NCBI RefSeq assembly: GCF_037042905.1
Contig: NC_087247.1
Span: 77,810,001-77,874,000 of the forward strand
Direction: 5' to 3'
Origin: Lytechinus pictus
Lineage: Eukaryota
DNA: 64,000 nt
Within the stretch, counting starts at the first letter, position 1. Every line of letters starts with the position of its first letter. The notes under the pieces are model-generated. The model ran no database searches and was not told the origin of the DNA. It saw only the letters and a program-made list of their open reading frames with translations. This document shows positions 10,283 to 21,034 of the stretch, piece by piece. The position numbers and the translations under genes are program-made.

Positions 10283-12644
10283 AAAACAACGAAAGAGGAA
10301 TGTGCCACTATAGTTGCATAGGATGATCTGATGATCAACAAAAGCAAGCTAGAAAAGATCATTCGGAAAATGGCGCCATGGAAAGCTGCCGGTCCAGACG
10401 GTGTGCAAGCTTTCTGGGTTAAAAGGTTCACAAATCTTTATGAAAGGCTGAGCATGCAAATGAACGAGATTGTCGTGAATGGTAACCCCCATGATTGGAT
10501 GACAAAAGGAAGAACGGTTCTCATCCCAAAGGATCCTACCAAAGGCAACATTCCGTCAAGCTACCGTCCAATTACCTGCTTGCCGATTCTCTGGAAGTTA
10601 CTGACTGGCATAATATCAGAAGAAATACATCAACACCTGGACGATCAAGACATACTACCATGGGAACAGAAGGGATGTAGAAAAGGAAGTAGAGGAACAA
10701 AAGAACAACTATGCATCGACAAAGGAATTATGAAAGACAGCAAGAAAAGAAAAACGAACCTCGCAATGGCATGGATTGACTACAAGAAAGCATACGACAT
10801 GGTTCCGCACTCTTGGATCATCGAGTCTATGGAAATGTTAGGGGTAGCAGACAATATCAGAAGGTTCCTCATTACAAGTATGACGAGATGGAGAACTAAG
10901 TTGGAAAGTAATGGTGAAGTGCTTGGAGAGGTTGGTATCAAGAGTGGAATCTTTCATGGAGATAGTCTATCTCCATTGCTGTTTGTGATGGCAATGACAC
11001 TATTAACTAAGGTACTCAGAAGATCCAGGCTAGGATATGAGTTCAAGAGCAAGGCAAAAATCAACCATCTATTATACATGGACGATTTGAAGCTGTTTGG
11101 TAAGACACAAAGTGACTTGGAGTCTCTCATCAACACTTTGCGGATCTTCAGCGAAGACATCGGTATGCAGTTTGGGTTGGATAAATGTGCAATGATTACT
11201 CTCATGAAAGGTAAGCCAGCCAATGACAACAACTTCCAGATGCCGAACGGAGAAGAGATCAGATCAATCGAAGGCGGTGGTAGCTATAAATATCTCGGAA
11301 TATTAGAGGCAGATCAGTTGAAACATCAAAAAATGAAGAAGAAGATTGAGGCAGAGTATATCAGGAGAATTCGGAAGGTGCTCAAATCCAAACTAAATGC
11401 TGGAAACATGGTGAAGGCTGTTAACACTTGGGCAGTAGCCCTAGTGAGATATGCTGCTGGCATAGTTGAATGGAACAAGCTTGAACTCGAAACCCTGGAC
11501 AGGAAGACAAGGAAGTTGCTAACTATGCATGGGATGTTTCACCCAAAGTCTGATGTAGATAGACTTTATGTGTCAAGAGAGAAGGGAGGACGTGGTCTGG
11601 CTGGAATAGAGGAGACTGTAAGATATGAGGAACAAAGCCTATACTGCTATATTGAAGGCCAGATGGATAGCATCATGACGGCAGTCAAAGAGTCGATGAG
11701 GAAAGGAAAGGATGTGACAGCGAAACAGCTGAAGGCTGATCAAAGGAAAATGAGACTGGAAGGATGGAAAGAGAAGGTGATGCACGGGCAGCATTTAAGA
11801 CAGACAGAGGAGTTTGCTGGCCCAGAGAGTTGGCAGTGGCTGAAACGAGGAAGTTTAAATAAGGAGACGGAAAGTATGCTAGTTGCTGCTCAGGACCAAG
11901 CAATTAGAACAAATTACCGAATAGCCAAAGTTGAAAAGGAGCATACATCTCCCTCATGTAGAATGTGTCATGACAAAGACGAAACGGTGTCTCATCTGGT
12001 GAGTGAATGCAGCAAAATGACACAGACAGAGTACAAAGGAAGGCACGACAGAGTAGCAGCTGCAGTTCATTGGGGTCTAGCCAAGAAGTACCATTTACCC
12101 CATGCGGAAAAATGGTACGAACATCGGGCAGAGCCTGTAGTAGAGAACGACGATGTAAAACTTTTGTGGGATTTTAATATCCAGACAGACAAGGTCATTG
12201 AAGCTAGACGACCAGACATCGTTCTCTTAAAGAAGAAGGAAAAGGAATGTCTCATCATAGATATTGCGATTCCGGGAGACTGCAGAGCTTGGCGTAAAGA
12301 GGAGGAAAAGATACAGAAGTATAACGATCTGGCATGGGAGCTGAGAAGGATATGGAAGGTGAAGACGAAGGTGGTACCAATAGTCATCGGAGCCTTAGGA
12401 ACAGTGACAACAAGACACAGAAGCTTTCTGGCTGTTCTAGGAGTCGAGGTGTCCTTTGAAACGATACAGAAGGCAAGCTTGCTTGGAACAGCTCATATCT
12501 TACGGAAGGTCTTGAATTAGAAAGAGAAGTGAACAATGAGAAGAGGACCCATTTGATATAATATAGAACAATAACCCTAGATTTCTGGAAGAAGTCCGGT
12601 TGCTGTTTAATATACCAACATAACATCAAGTTGTGGACAATGGA
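10283..12644 (+). mobile_element. R4/Dong copy 2, 5'-truncated
   Basis: Aligns to 7765-10126 of copy 1 at an offset of 2518 bp, nearly identical. Confidence 0.95.
10331..12520 (+). CDS. Uninterrupted 729-aa RT-CCHC-RLE ORF of copy 2
   Basis: ORF track; its ATG is ACG in copy 1. All RT and endonuclease motifs present. Expression unknown. Confidence 0.7.
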   Translation: MINKSKLEKIIRKMAPWKAAGPDGVQAFWVKRFTNLYERLSMQMNEIVVNGNPHDWMTKGRTVLIPKDPTKGNIPSSYRPITCLPILWKLLTGIISEEIHQHLDDQDILPWEQKGCRKGSRGTKEQLCIDKGIMKDSKKRKTNLAMAWIDYKKAYDMVPHSWIIESMEMLGVADNIRRFLITSMTRWRTKLESNGEVLGEVGIKSGIFHGDSLSPLLFVMAMTLLTKVLRRSRLGYEFKSKAKINHLLYMDDLKLFGKTQSDLESLINTLRIFSEDIGMQFGLDKCAMITLMKGKPANDNNFQMPNGEEIRSIEGGGSYKYLGILEADQLKHQKMKKKIEAEYIRRIRKVLKSKLNAGNMVKAVNTWAVALVRYAAGIVEWNKLELETLDRKTRKLLTMHGMFHPKSDVDRLYVSREKGGRGLAGIEETVRYEEQSLYCYIEGQMDSIMTAVKESMRKGKDVTAKQLKADQRKMRLEGWKEKVMHGQHLRQTEEFAGPESWQWLKRGSLNKETESMLVAAQDQAIRTNYRIAKVEKEHTSPSCRMCHDKDETVSHLVSECSKMTQTEYKGRHDRVAAAVHWGLAKKYHLPHAEKWYEHRAEPVVENDDVKLLWDFNIQTDKVIEARRPDIVLLKKKEKECLIIDIAIPGDCRAWRKEEEKIQKYNDLAWELRRIWKVKTKVVPIVIGALGTVTTRHRSFLAVLGVEVSFETIQKASLLGTAHILRKVLN

Positions 12645-12676
<32 letters not shown>

Positions 12677-12800
12677 TAATAATAATAATAATAATAGAAT
12701 ATAGAACAATAACCCTAGATTTCTGGAAGAAGTCCGGTTACTGTTTAATATACCAACAGAACATCAAGTTGTGGACAATGGAAATAATAATAATAAAAAT

Positions 12801-15166
12801 AAAACAACGAAAGAGGAATGTGCCACTATAGTTGCATAGGATGATCTGATGATCAACAAAAGCAAGCTAGAAAAGATCATTCGGAAAATGGCGCCATGGA
12901 AAGCTGCCGGTCCAGACGGTGTGCAAGCTTTCTGGGTTAAAAGGTTCACAAATCTTTATGAAAGGCTGAGCATGCAAATGAACGAGATTGTCGTGAATGG
13001 TAACCCCCATGATTGGATGACAAAAGGAAGAACGGTTCTCATCCCAAAGGATCCTACCAAAGGCAACATTCCGTCAAGCTACCGTCCAATTACCTGCTTG
13101 CCGATTCTCTGGAAGTTACTGACTGGCATAATATCAGAAGAAATACATCAACACCTGGACGATCAAGACATACTACCATGGGAACAGAAGGGATGTAGAA
13201 AAGGAAGTAGAGGAACAAAAGAACAACTATGCATCGACAAAGGAATTATGAAAGACAGCAAGAAAAGAAAAACGAACCTCGCAATGGCATGGATTGACTA
13301 CAAGAAAGCATACGACATGGTTCCGCACTCTTGGATCATCGAGTCTATGGAAATGTTAGGGGTAGCAGACAATATCAGAAGGTTCCTCATTACAAGTATG
13401 ACGAGATGGAGAACTAAGTTGGAAAGTAATGGTGAAGTGCTTGGAGAGGTTGGTATCAAGAGTGGAATCTTTCATGGAGATAGTCTATCTCCATTGCTGT
13501 TTGTGATGGCAATGACACTATTAACTAAGGTACTCAGAAGATCCAGGCTAGGATATGAGTTCAAGAGCAAGGCAAAAATCAACCATCTATTATACATGGA
13601 CGATTTGAAGCTGTTTGGTAAGACACAAAGTGACTTGGAGTCTCTCATCAACACTTTGCGGATCTTCAGCGAAGACATCGGTATGCAGTTTGGGTTGGAT
13701 AAATGTGCAATGATTACTCTCATGAAAGGTAAGCCAGCCAATGACAACAACTTCCAGATGCCGAACGGAGAAGAGATCAGATCAATCGAAGGCGGTGGTA
13801 GCTATAAATATCTCGGAATATTAGAGGCAGATCAGTTGAAACATCAAAAAATGAAGAAGAAGATTGAGGCAGAGTATATCAGGAGAATTCGGAAGGTGCT
13901 CAAATCCAAACTAAATGCTGGAAACATGGTGAAGGCTGTTAACACTTGGGCAGTAGCCCTAGTGAGATATGCTGCTGGCATAGTTGAATGGAACAAGCTT
14001 GAACTCGAAACCCTGGACAGGAAGACAAGGAAGTTGCTAACTATGCATGGGATGTTTCACCCAAAGTCTGATGTAGATAGACTTTATGTGTCAAGAGAGA
14101 AGGGAGGACGTGGTCTGGCTGGAATAGAGGAGACTGTAAGATATGAGGAACAAAGCCTATACTGCTATATTGAAGGCCAGATGGATAGCATCATGACGGC
14201 AGTCAAAGAGTCGATGAGGAAAGGAAAGGATGTGACAGCGAAACAGCTGAAGGCTGATCAAAGGAAAATGAGACTGGAAGGATGGAAAGAGAAGGTGATG
14301 CACGGGCAGCATTTAAGACAGACAGAGGAGTTTGCTGGCCCAGAGAGTTGGCAGTGGCTGAAACGAGGAAGTTTAAATAAGGAGACGGAAAGTATGCTAG
14401 TTGCTGCTCAGGACCAAGCAATTAGAACAAATTACCGAAGAGCCAAAGTTGAAAAGGAGCATACATCTCCCTCATGTAGAATGTGTCATGACAAAGACGA
14501 AACGGTGTCTCATCTGGTGAGTGAATGCAGCAAAATGACACAGACAGAGTACAAAGTAAGGCACGACAGAGTAGCAGCTCCAGTTCATTGCATTGGGGTC
14601 TAGCCAAGAAGTACCATTTACCCCATGCGGAAAAATGGTACGAACATCGAGCAGAGCCTGTAGTAGAGAACGACGATGTAAAACTTTTATGGATTTTAAT
14701 ATCCAGACAGACAAGGTCATTGAAGCTAGACGACCAGACATCGTTCTCTTAAAGAAGAAGGAAAAGGAATGTCTCATCATAGATATTGCGATTCCGGGAG
14801 ACTGCAGAGCTTGGCGTAAAGAGGAGGAAAAGATACAGAAGTATAACGATCTGGCATGGGAGCTGAGAAGGATATGGAAGGTGAAGACGAAGGTGGTACT
14901 AATAGTCATCGGAGCCTTAGGAACAGTGACAACAAGACACAGAAGCTTTCTGGCTGTTCTAGGAGTCGAGGTGTCCTTTGAAACGATACAGAAGGCAAGC
15001 TTGCTTGGAACAGCTCATATCTTACGGAAGGTCTTGAATTAGAAAGAGAAGTGAACAATGAGAAGAGGACCCATTTGATATAATATAGAACAATAACCCT
15101 AGATTTCTGGAAGAAGTCCGGTTGCTGTTTAATATACCAACATAACATCAAGTTGTGGACAATGGA
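12801..15166 (+). mobile_element. R4/Dong copy 3, 5'-truncated, frameshifted
   Basis: Same 5' breakpoint as copy 2. A 5-bp duplication (CATTG, ~14590) and a 1-bp deletion (~14690) split the ORF into 12849-14603 and 14593-15042. Confidence 0.95.
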
Positions 15167-15198
<32 letters not shown>

Positions 15199-15322
15199 TA
15201 ATAATAATAATAATAATAGAATATAGAACAATAACCCTAGATTTCTGGAAGAAGTCCGGTTACTGTTTAATATACCAACAGAACATCAAGTTGTGGACAA
15301 TGGAAATAATAATAATAAAAAT

Positions 15323-17684
15323 AAAACAACGAAAGAGGAATGTGCCACTATAGTTGCATAGGATGATCTGATGATCAACAAAAGCAAGCTAGAAAAGATC
15401 ATTCGGAAAATGGCGCCATGGAAAGCTGCCGGTCCAGACGGTGTGCAAGCTTTCTGGGTTAAAAGGTTCACAAATCTTTATGAAAGGCTGAGCATGCAAA
15501 TGAACGAGATTGTCGTGAATGGTAACCCCCCTGATTGGATGACAAAAGGAATAACGGTTCTCATCCCAAAGGATCCTACCAAAGGCAACATTCCGTCAAG
15601 CTACCGTCCAATTACCTGCTTGCCGATTCTCTGGAAGTTACTGACTGGCATGATATCAGAAGAAATATATCAACACCTGGACGATCAAGACATACTACCA
15701 TGGGAACAGAAGGGATGTAGAAAAGGAAGTAGAGGAACAAAAGAACAACTATGCATCGACAAAGGAATTATGAAAGACAGCAAGAAAAGAAAAACGAACC
15801 TCGCAATGGCATGGATTGACTACAAGAAAGCATACGACATGGTTCCGCACTCTTGGATCATCGAGTCTATGGAAATGTTAGGGGTAGCAGACAATATCAG
15901 AAGGTTCCTCATTACAAGTATGACGAGATGGAGAACTAAGTTGGAAAGTAATGGTGAAGTGCTTGGAGAGGTTGGTATCAAGAGAGGAATCTTTCAGGGA
16001 GATAGTCTATCTCCATTGCTGTTTGTGATGGCAATGACACTATTAACTAAGGTACTCAGAAGATCCAGGCTAGGATATGAGTTCAAGAGCAAGGCAAAAA
16101 TCAACCATCTATTATACATGGACGATTTGAAGCTGTTTGGTAAGACACAAAGTGACTTGGAGTCTCTCATCAACATCTTGCGGATCTTCAGCGAAGACAT
16201 CGGTATGCAGTTTGGGTTTGATAAATGTGCAATGATTACTCTCATGAAAGGTAAGCCAGCCAATGACAACAACTTCCAGATGCCGAACGGAGAAGAGATC
16301 AGATTAATCGAAGGTGGTGGTAGCTATAAATATCTCGGAATATTAGAGGCAGATCAGTTGAAACATCAACAAATGAAGAAGAAGATTGAGGCAGAGTATA
16401 TCAGGAGAATTCGGAAGGTGCTCAAATCCAAACTAAATGCTGGAAACATGGTGAAGGCTGTTAACACTTGGCAGTATCCCTAGTGAAATATGCTGCTGGC
16501 ATAGTTGAATGGAACAAGCTTGAACTCGAAACCCTGGACAGGAAGACAAGGAAGTTGCTAACTATGCATGGGATGTTTCACCCAAAGTCTGATGTAGATA
16601 GACTTTATGTGTCAAGAGAGAAGGGAGGACGTGGTCTGGCTGGAATAGAGGAGACTGTAAGATATGAGGAACAAAGCCTATACTGCTATATTGAAGGCCA
16701 GATGGATAGCATCATGACGGCAGTCAAAGAGTCGATGAGGAAAGGAAAGGATGTGACAGCGAAACAGCTGAAGGCTGATCAAAGGAAAGTGAGACTGGAA
16801 GGATGGAAAGAGAAGGTGATGCACGGGCAGCATTTAAGACAGACAGATGAGTTTGCTGGCCCAGAGAGTTAGCAGTGGCTGAAACGAGGAAGTTTAAAGA
16901 AGGAGACGGAAAGTATGCTAGTTGCTGCTCAGGACCAAGCAATTTAGAACAAATTACCGAAGAGCCAAAGTTGAAAAGGAGCATACATCTCCCTCATGTA
17001 GAATGTGTCATGACAAAGACGAAACGGTGTCTCATCTGGTGAGTGAATGCAGCAAAATGACACAGACAGAGTACAAAGGAAGGCACGACAGAGTAGCAGC
17101 TGCAGATCATTGGGGTCTGGCCAAGAAGTACAATTTACCCCATGCGGAAAAATGGTACGAACATCGAGCAGAGCCTGTAGTAGAGAACGACGATGTAAAA
17201 CTTTTGTGGGATTTTAATATCCAGACAGACAAGGTCATTGAAGCTAGACGACCAGACATCGTTCTCTTAAAGAAGAAGGAAAAGGAATGTCTCATCATAG
17301 ATATTGCGATTCCGGGAGACTGCAGAGCTTGGCGTAAAGAGGAGGAAAAGATACAGAAGTATAACGATCTGGCATGGGAGCTGAGAAGGATATGGAAGGT
17401 GAAGACGAAGGTGGTACCAATAGTCATCGGAGCCTTAGGAACAGTGACAACAAGACACAGAAGCTTTCTGGCTGTTCTAGGAGTCGAGGTGTCCTTTGAA
17501 ACGATACAGAAGGCAAGCTTGCTTGGAACAGCTCATATCTTACGGAAGGTCTTGAATTAGAAAGAGAAGTGAACAATGAGAAGAGGACCCATTTGATAGA
17601 ATATAGAACAATAACCCTAGATTTCTGGAAGAAGTCCGGTTGCTGTAAAATATACCAACAGAACATCAAGTTGTGGACAATGGA
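15323..17684 (+). mobile_element. R4/Dong copy 4, 5'-truncated, most divergent, pseudogenised
   Basis: Same 5' breakpoint; -1 frameshift ~16471, TAG at 16870-16872, +1 frameshift ~16945; retains canonical GIFQGDSLSP. Confidence 0.95.
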
Positions 17685-17711
17685 AATAATAATAATAATA
17701 ATAATAATAAT

Positions 17712-18365
17712 AGGATGTGTGGAAAAGAGACCGAAACAATCATGCATTTGGTATCAGCATGTTCGACTCTTGCTGGAACTGAGTACATCACAAGACATGA
17801 CAATATTGCCAAACTTATCCATTGGCAACTACTGAAGGATCGCGGTAAAATGACTTGTGATCACGCTTTGGAACATCAGCCACAAACGATCACCACGATC
17901 AATAACAGCACCATATATTGGAACTGTGGCATACTAACGGATAGAACCATCAACTGCAACAAGCCGGACATCATCGTCAGAGACAACAACGTAGTAAATA
18001 TCATTGAGGTCTCTGTTCCCCATGATATCAAAATTGCTGTAAAGGAAAGAGACAAACGGCTCAAGTATTAAGACCTAAGGATTGAGATCGAGAGGATGTG
18101 GAACGTGAAAGCAGATGTCACACCAGTCATCATTGGTCACTCAGGAATGGTGAAGAAGGGAATGGAAGCCTGCATAACCAAGATCTCTCCTCACCTTCGG
18201 ATGTACGACATTCAGAAGGCAGCTATCTTGGGTACAACCAGATTGATAAGAAAGACTCTCGGACATTAGTAGTGTAAAGTTCCTAGTTGCACTTGAAATT
18301 ACTTGGTGCTTTTTGTTAGAGCAAAGTTATTCAAGAAAAAATACGGACTTGATCCTGTTTAGAGG
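17712..18365 (+). mobile_element. 5'-truncated fragment of a second RLE (R4-like) retrotransposon family
   Basis: RMCGKETETIMHLVSAC..RHD..NKPDIIV..IIEVSVP..KY*DLRIEIERMW...IQKAAILGTTRLIRKTLGH* (stop 18267-18269); unrelated 3' UTR; (AAT)n tail 18366-18403. Confidence 0.9.
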
Positions 18366-18517
18366 AATAATAATGATAATAATAATAATGATAATAATAA
18401 TAAAATAAAGGTATTCATCCAAAATTTAAGGTCGTTTAGTCCAAAATACATGTATTATTTTTATTGTGAATAAAGACAAGAAATAGTAGGGGGGACATTT
18501 GATATTGTGTCCCCCCC

Positions 18518-19091
18518 CCCGGGGGGGGGGGGGCACTTTCACTGACGAGTGGATACCATGCGCGACCATGGGGTCTCGAAAAGCACCCTAAACACGTATT
18601 TTCAATATTCTGAAAATGCATCCCTTAACAAGTATAGGCGTCTGAAACCCTACCCTTAACAAGTATTGGAAACAAAACGATACTCTTGGCAAGTATTCCC
18701 TTAAATGAGCCCCTAAACAAGTACAGCGATATTTTATTGTTATGTCAGGGTCCGTCGGTCGTCGGTTTTACCTTTACAGTTTGCACACCATTTGGTATAC
18801 GGTCCCAGCTTCTACACCTCGCGCAAATCGGACTCTAAACACGTAGTGTATGGGCAAAATGGGCATCCTTTATAAAACATTTTAATTTTGTTTTATCATC
18901 CCCGCAAATTTGACCCTAAAAACGTAGCTTTCCTAGCAAAATAGATACCCTTGTTTTATTATTTTTGTGTTTTTGACACCCTTATCACGTTACGTACGTA
19001 ACGTGCCTTATCTTGAAAAAGACATCCTTTTTACGTGTTTTTTTGGTCACGCATGGTATCCACTCGTCAATATAAGTGGCCCCCCCCCCCC
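18518..19091. mobile_element. MITE nested in the right arm of the hAT-type MITE
   Basis: Inverted ends G(n)CACTTTCACTGACGAGTGGATACCATGCGCGACC / GGTCACGCATGGTATCCACTCGTCAATATAAGTGGC(n); inserted in a poly-C run of the host arm. Confidence 0.7.
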
Positions 19092-20048
19092 TACTATTTT
19101 TGGTAGGGGAACGCGTCCCCCCTGTTCCCCCTGGGATTTCCGCCCATGCGCTCGGTGTCTATTCGTCCGTCTTTCTGTCCGTTAACTTTTCCTTGTAAAC
19201 GCGATAACTCCAGTTTGACTTAACCTAGGCTCATATAATTTGGTGTGTAAATCATACGAGCGTGGATCCCAGGAAGCCTATTGATTTTGAGGTCAAAAGG
19301 TCAAGGTCACGTAGACTTGTTTTCACTTTCCCATCTGCAGTCCATGTAAACGCGATAGCTTCAGTTTAACCATAGAGCTATTATGGTTTAACTTAACCTA
19401 GGCTCGTATAATTTGGTGTGTACGATACAAGCATAAATCCCAGGAAGCCTGTCGATTTTGAGGTCAAAATGTCAAAGTTCAAGGTCACACTGACATGTTC
19501 TCATCTTACCATTCTGAAGTCCTTGTAAACGCGATAACTTCAGTTTAACTTAACCTAGGCTTATTTTGTATGATACTAGCATGGATCCTCAAAATTCTAG
19601 TGATTTTAAGGTCAGAAGGTCAAAGGTGAAGTCGCCACCTTCCACTTTTCTTGCTTGACCAATAACTCCATTTTCCGTGTTGCCTTAGCGACACTATTGT
19701 TTAAATATCAAGTTGACATTGATCTCGTCAATAAAAAATGATATTCAAGTATGGTCCGAGTATTGGACATTTCAAAGTATAGCAAGGTGTCATAAACGAT
19801 TGAAAATCAACAACTTAGTAAGTACAGATCATAATTAACATCCAATAATGTGACATTGCAATAATTTTGTTTACATTTTCTCATATACTGATATTTTCTC
19901 TTTTTGAGTCGTTGTTAGTGGGGTTGCTGGTAGTAATTATTCAAATGAGAAGGTTTTTTTTAATTGGGTATAATTTTGCGTTTATTTTCTTGATGTCTAT
20001 GAACCCATGATACAAATCGTTGATACCATAATGATAATCACCACTCAC

Positions 20049-20207
20049 CATATCTCGGAGACGCATTATCAAAACGATGACATCTCTTAATTCTTCTTCA
20101 ACAGTCGATAAGCGGGACTTGTCAGTTTCCAAAGAGTTTATATCATCAAGATACCGACCTTGATCAAGCTTACGATATCGACGTTCGATGTCAAGATCAA
20201 TTGCAAT
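20049..20207 (-). CDS. EFCC1: EFCC1-like exon 6
   Basis: ttacAG|ATT...ATG|GTGAG, 159 nt, phase 0/0; IAIDLDIERR...LETDKSRLSTVEEELRDVIVLIMRLRDM resembles the EFCC1 C-terminal coiled coil. Confidence 0.85.
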
Positions 20208-20432
20208 CTGTAATGGATAGATAATTCCATATTAAGATAAATTGCAATCTGTAATCGAAAGATAATTCCATATTAAGATCAACTGCAATCTGTAACGGAA
20301 AGATAATTCCATATTAATATCAATTTCAATTTGTAATGGAAAGATAATTCAATATTAAGATCAATTGCAATCTGTAACGGAAAGATAATTCCATATGAAG
20401 ATCAATTTCAATCTGTAATCGAGAATAATTCA
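20194..20432. repeat. 41-bp minisatellite (~5.8 copies) overlapping the exon 6 acceptor
   Basis: Unit AAGATCAATTGCAATCTGTAATGGAAAGATAATTCCATATT; period 41 confirmed by CT dinucleotides at 20208, 20249, 20290, 20372, 20413. Confidence 0.95.
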
Positions 20433-21034
20433 TAATACCTATTATCATGGCCTTTCACATAAATTTTTCGGGGGGGGGGGGGAGGGAGGATAAGATGCTT
20501 GCAGATTTTCGAAGAGACTTGAGATTGTCATTGGGGCACTTTTTAAGTTTTCTAAAGTAAAATTGAAGGATTTCGCGCAGACCTTGGGTGAATTTCACGA
20601 AAATTTTCAGTAAAATTATAAGTTACCAAAATTTCGGGGAGGGGGTAATTGCCGCCCTACATACTAACTGCCAGTCTTAAAAAGGTGGTTACCTCTTACA
20701 GAAAAAGAGTGTCGTTAGTCATAAATTAATTTAAAAAAGGGTTAACTCATTAGTTTAGCGACGCGCTTCTTGGAATATAAGGATATAGCGTCCCTTCAAT
20801 GTTTTGTTGATAACTATGCTGATTTTGAACCATAGGTGGCTGCTTTATTATTAATGACCTCAAGAAGAATTATGAATAGTCACAGTCATGTTACTGGATT
20901 GTGACCCCCTTTCCGTTGTATGATACGGTACCCAGGTTTCGGAGCATGGCTAGATGCCCTTAAAGGAATATGCGTGTACGGGAGGGGGGCAGTATGACTA
21001 GCGGTCTTACCCCAATAGCTCTCCCCTAAAGCTC

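Larger units (their letters stand above)
6056..19148. mobile_element. hAT-type MITE expanded to 13.1 kb by nested insertions
   Basis: 13-bp TIR CGTGGGCGGAAAT (6056) / ATTTCCGCCCATG (19148), one mismatch; 8-bp TSD CGCTCGGT at 6048-6055 and 19149-19156. Confidence 0.8.
6004..19702 (+). mobile_element. DINE-1/HINE (Helentron-associated)-like non-autonomous element, split into 6004-6055 and 19149-19702
   Basis: 5' subterminal hairpin TACGCCCGTC-ttatata-GACGGGACGTA. Resumes at 19149 with a degenerate (TCCG)n tract, three ~150-180-bp core repeats (19191, 19343, 19521) and a 3' hairpin GTGTTGC-ctta-GCGACAC before TTGTTT. Confidence 0.7.

Noticed and set aside
7401-17747. Repeated short antisense and alternate-frame ORFs inside the array
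   Set aside because: Shadows of the RT ORF; they recur only because the DNA is duplicated.
20194-20432. CRISPR-like regularly spaced repeats
   Set aside because: Contiguous 41-bp tandem units with no unique spacers, no cas genes, eukaryotic context.
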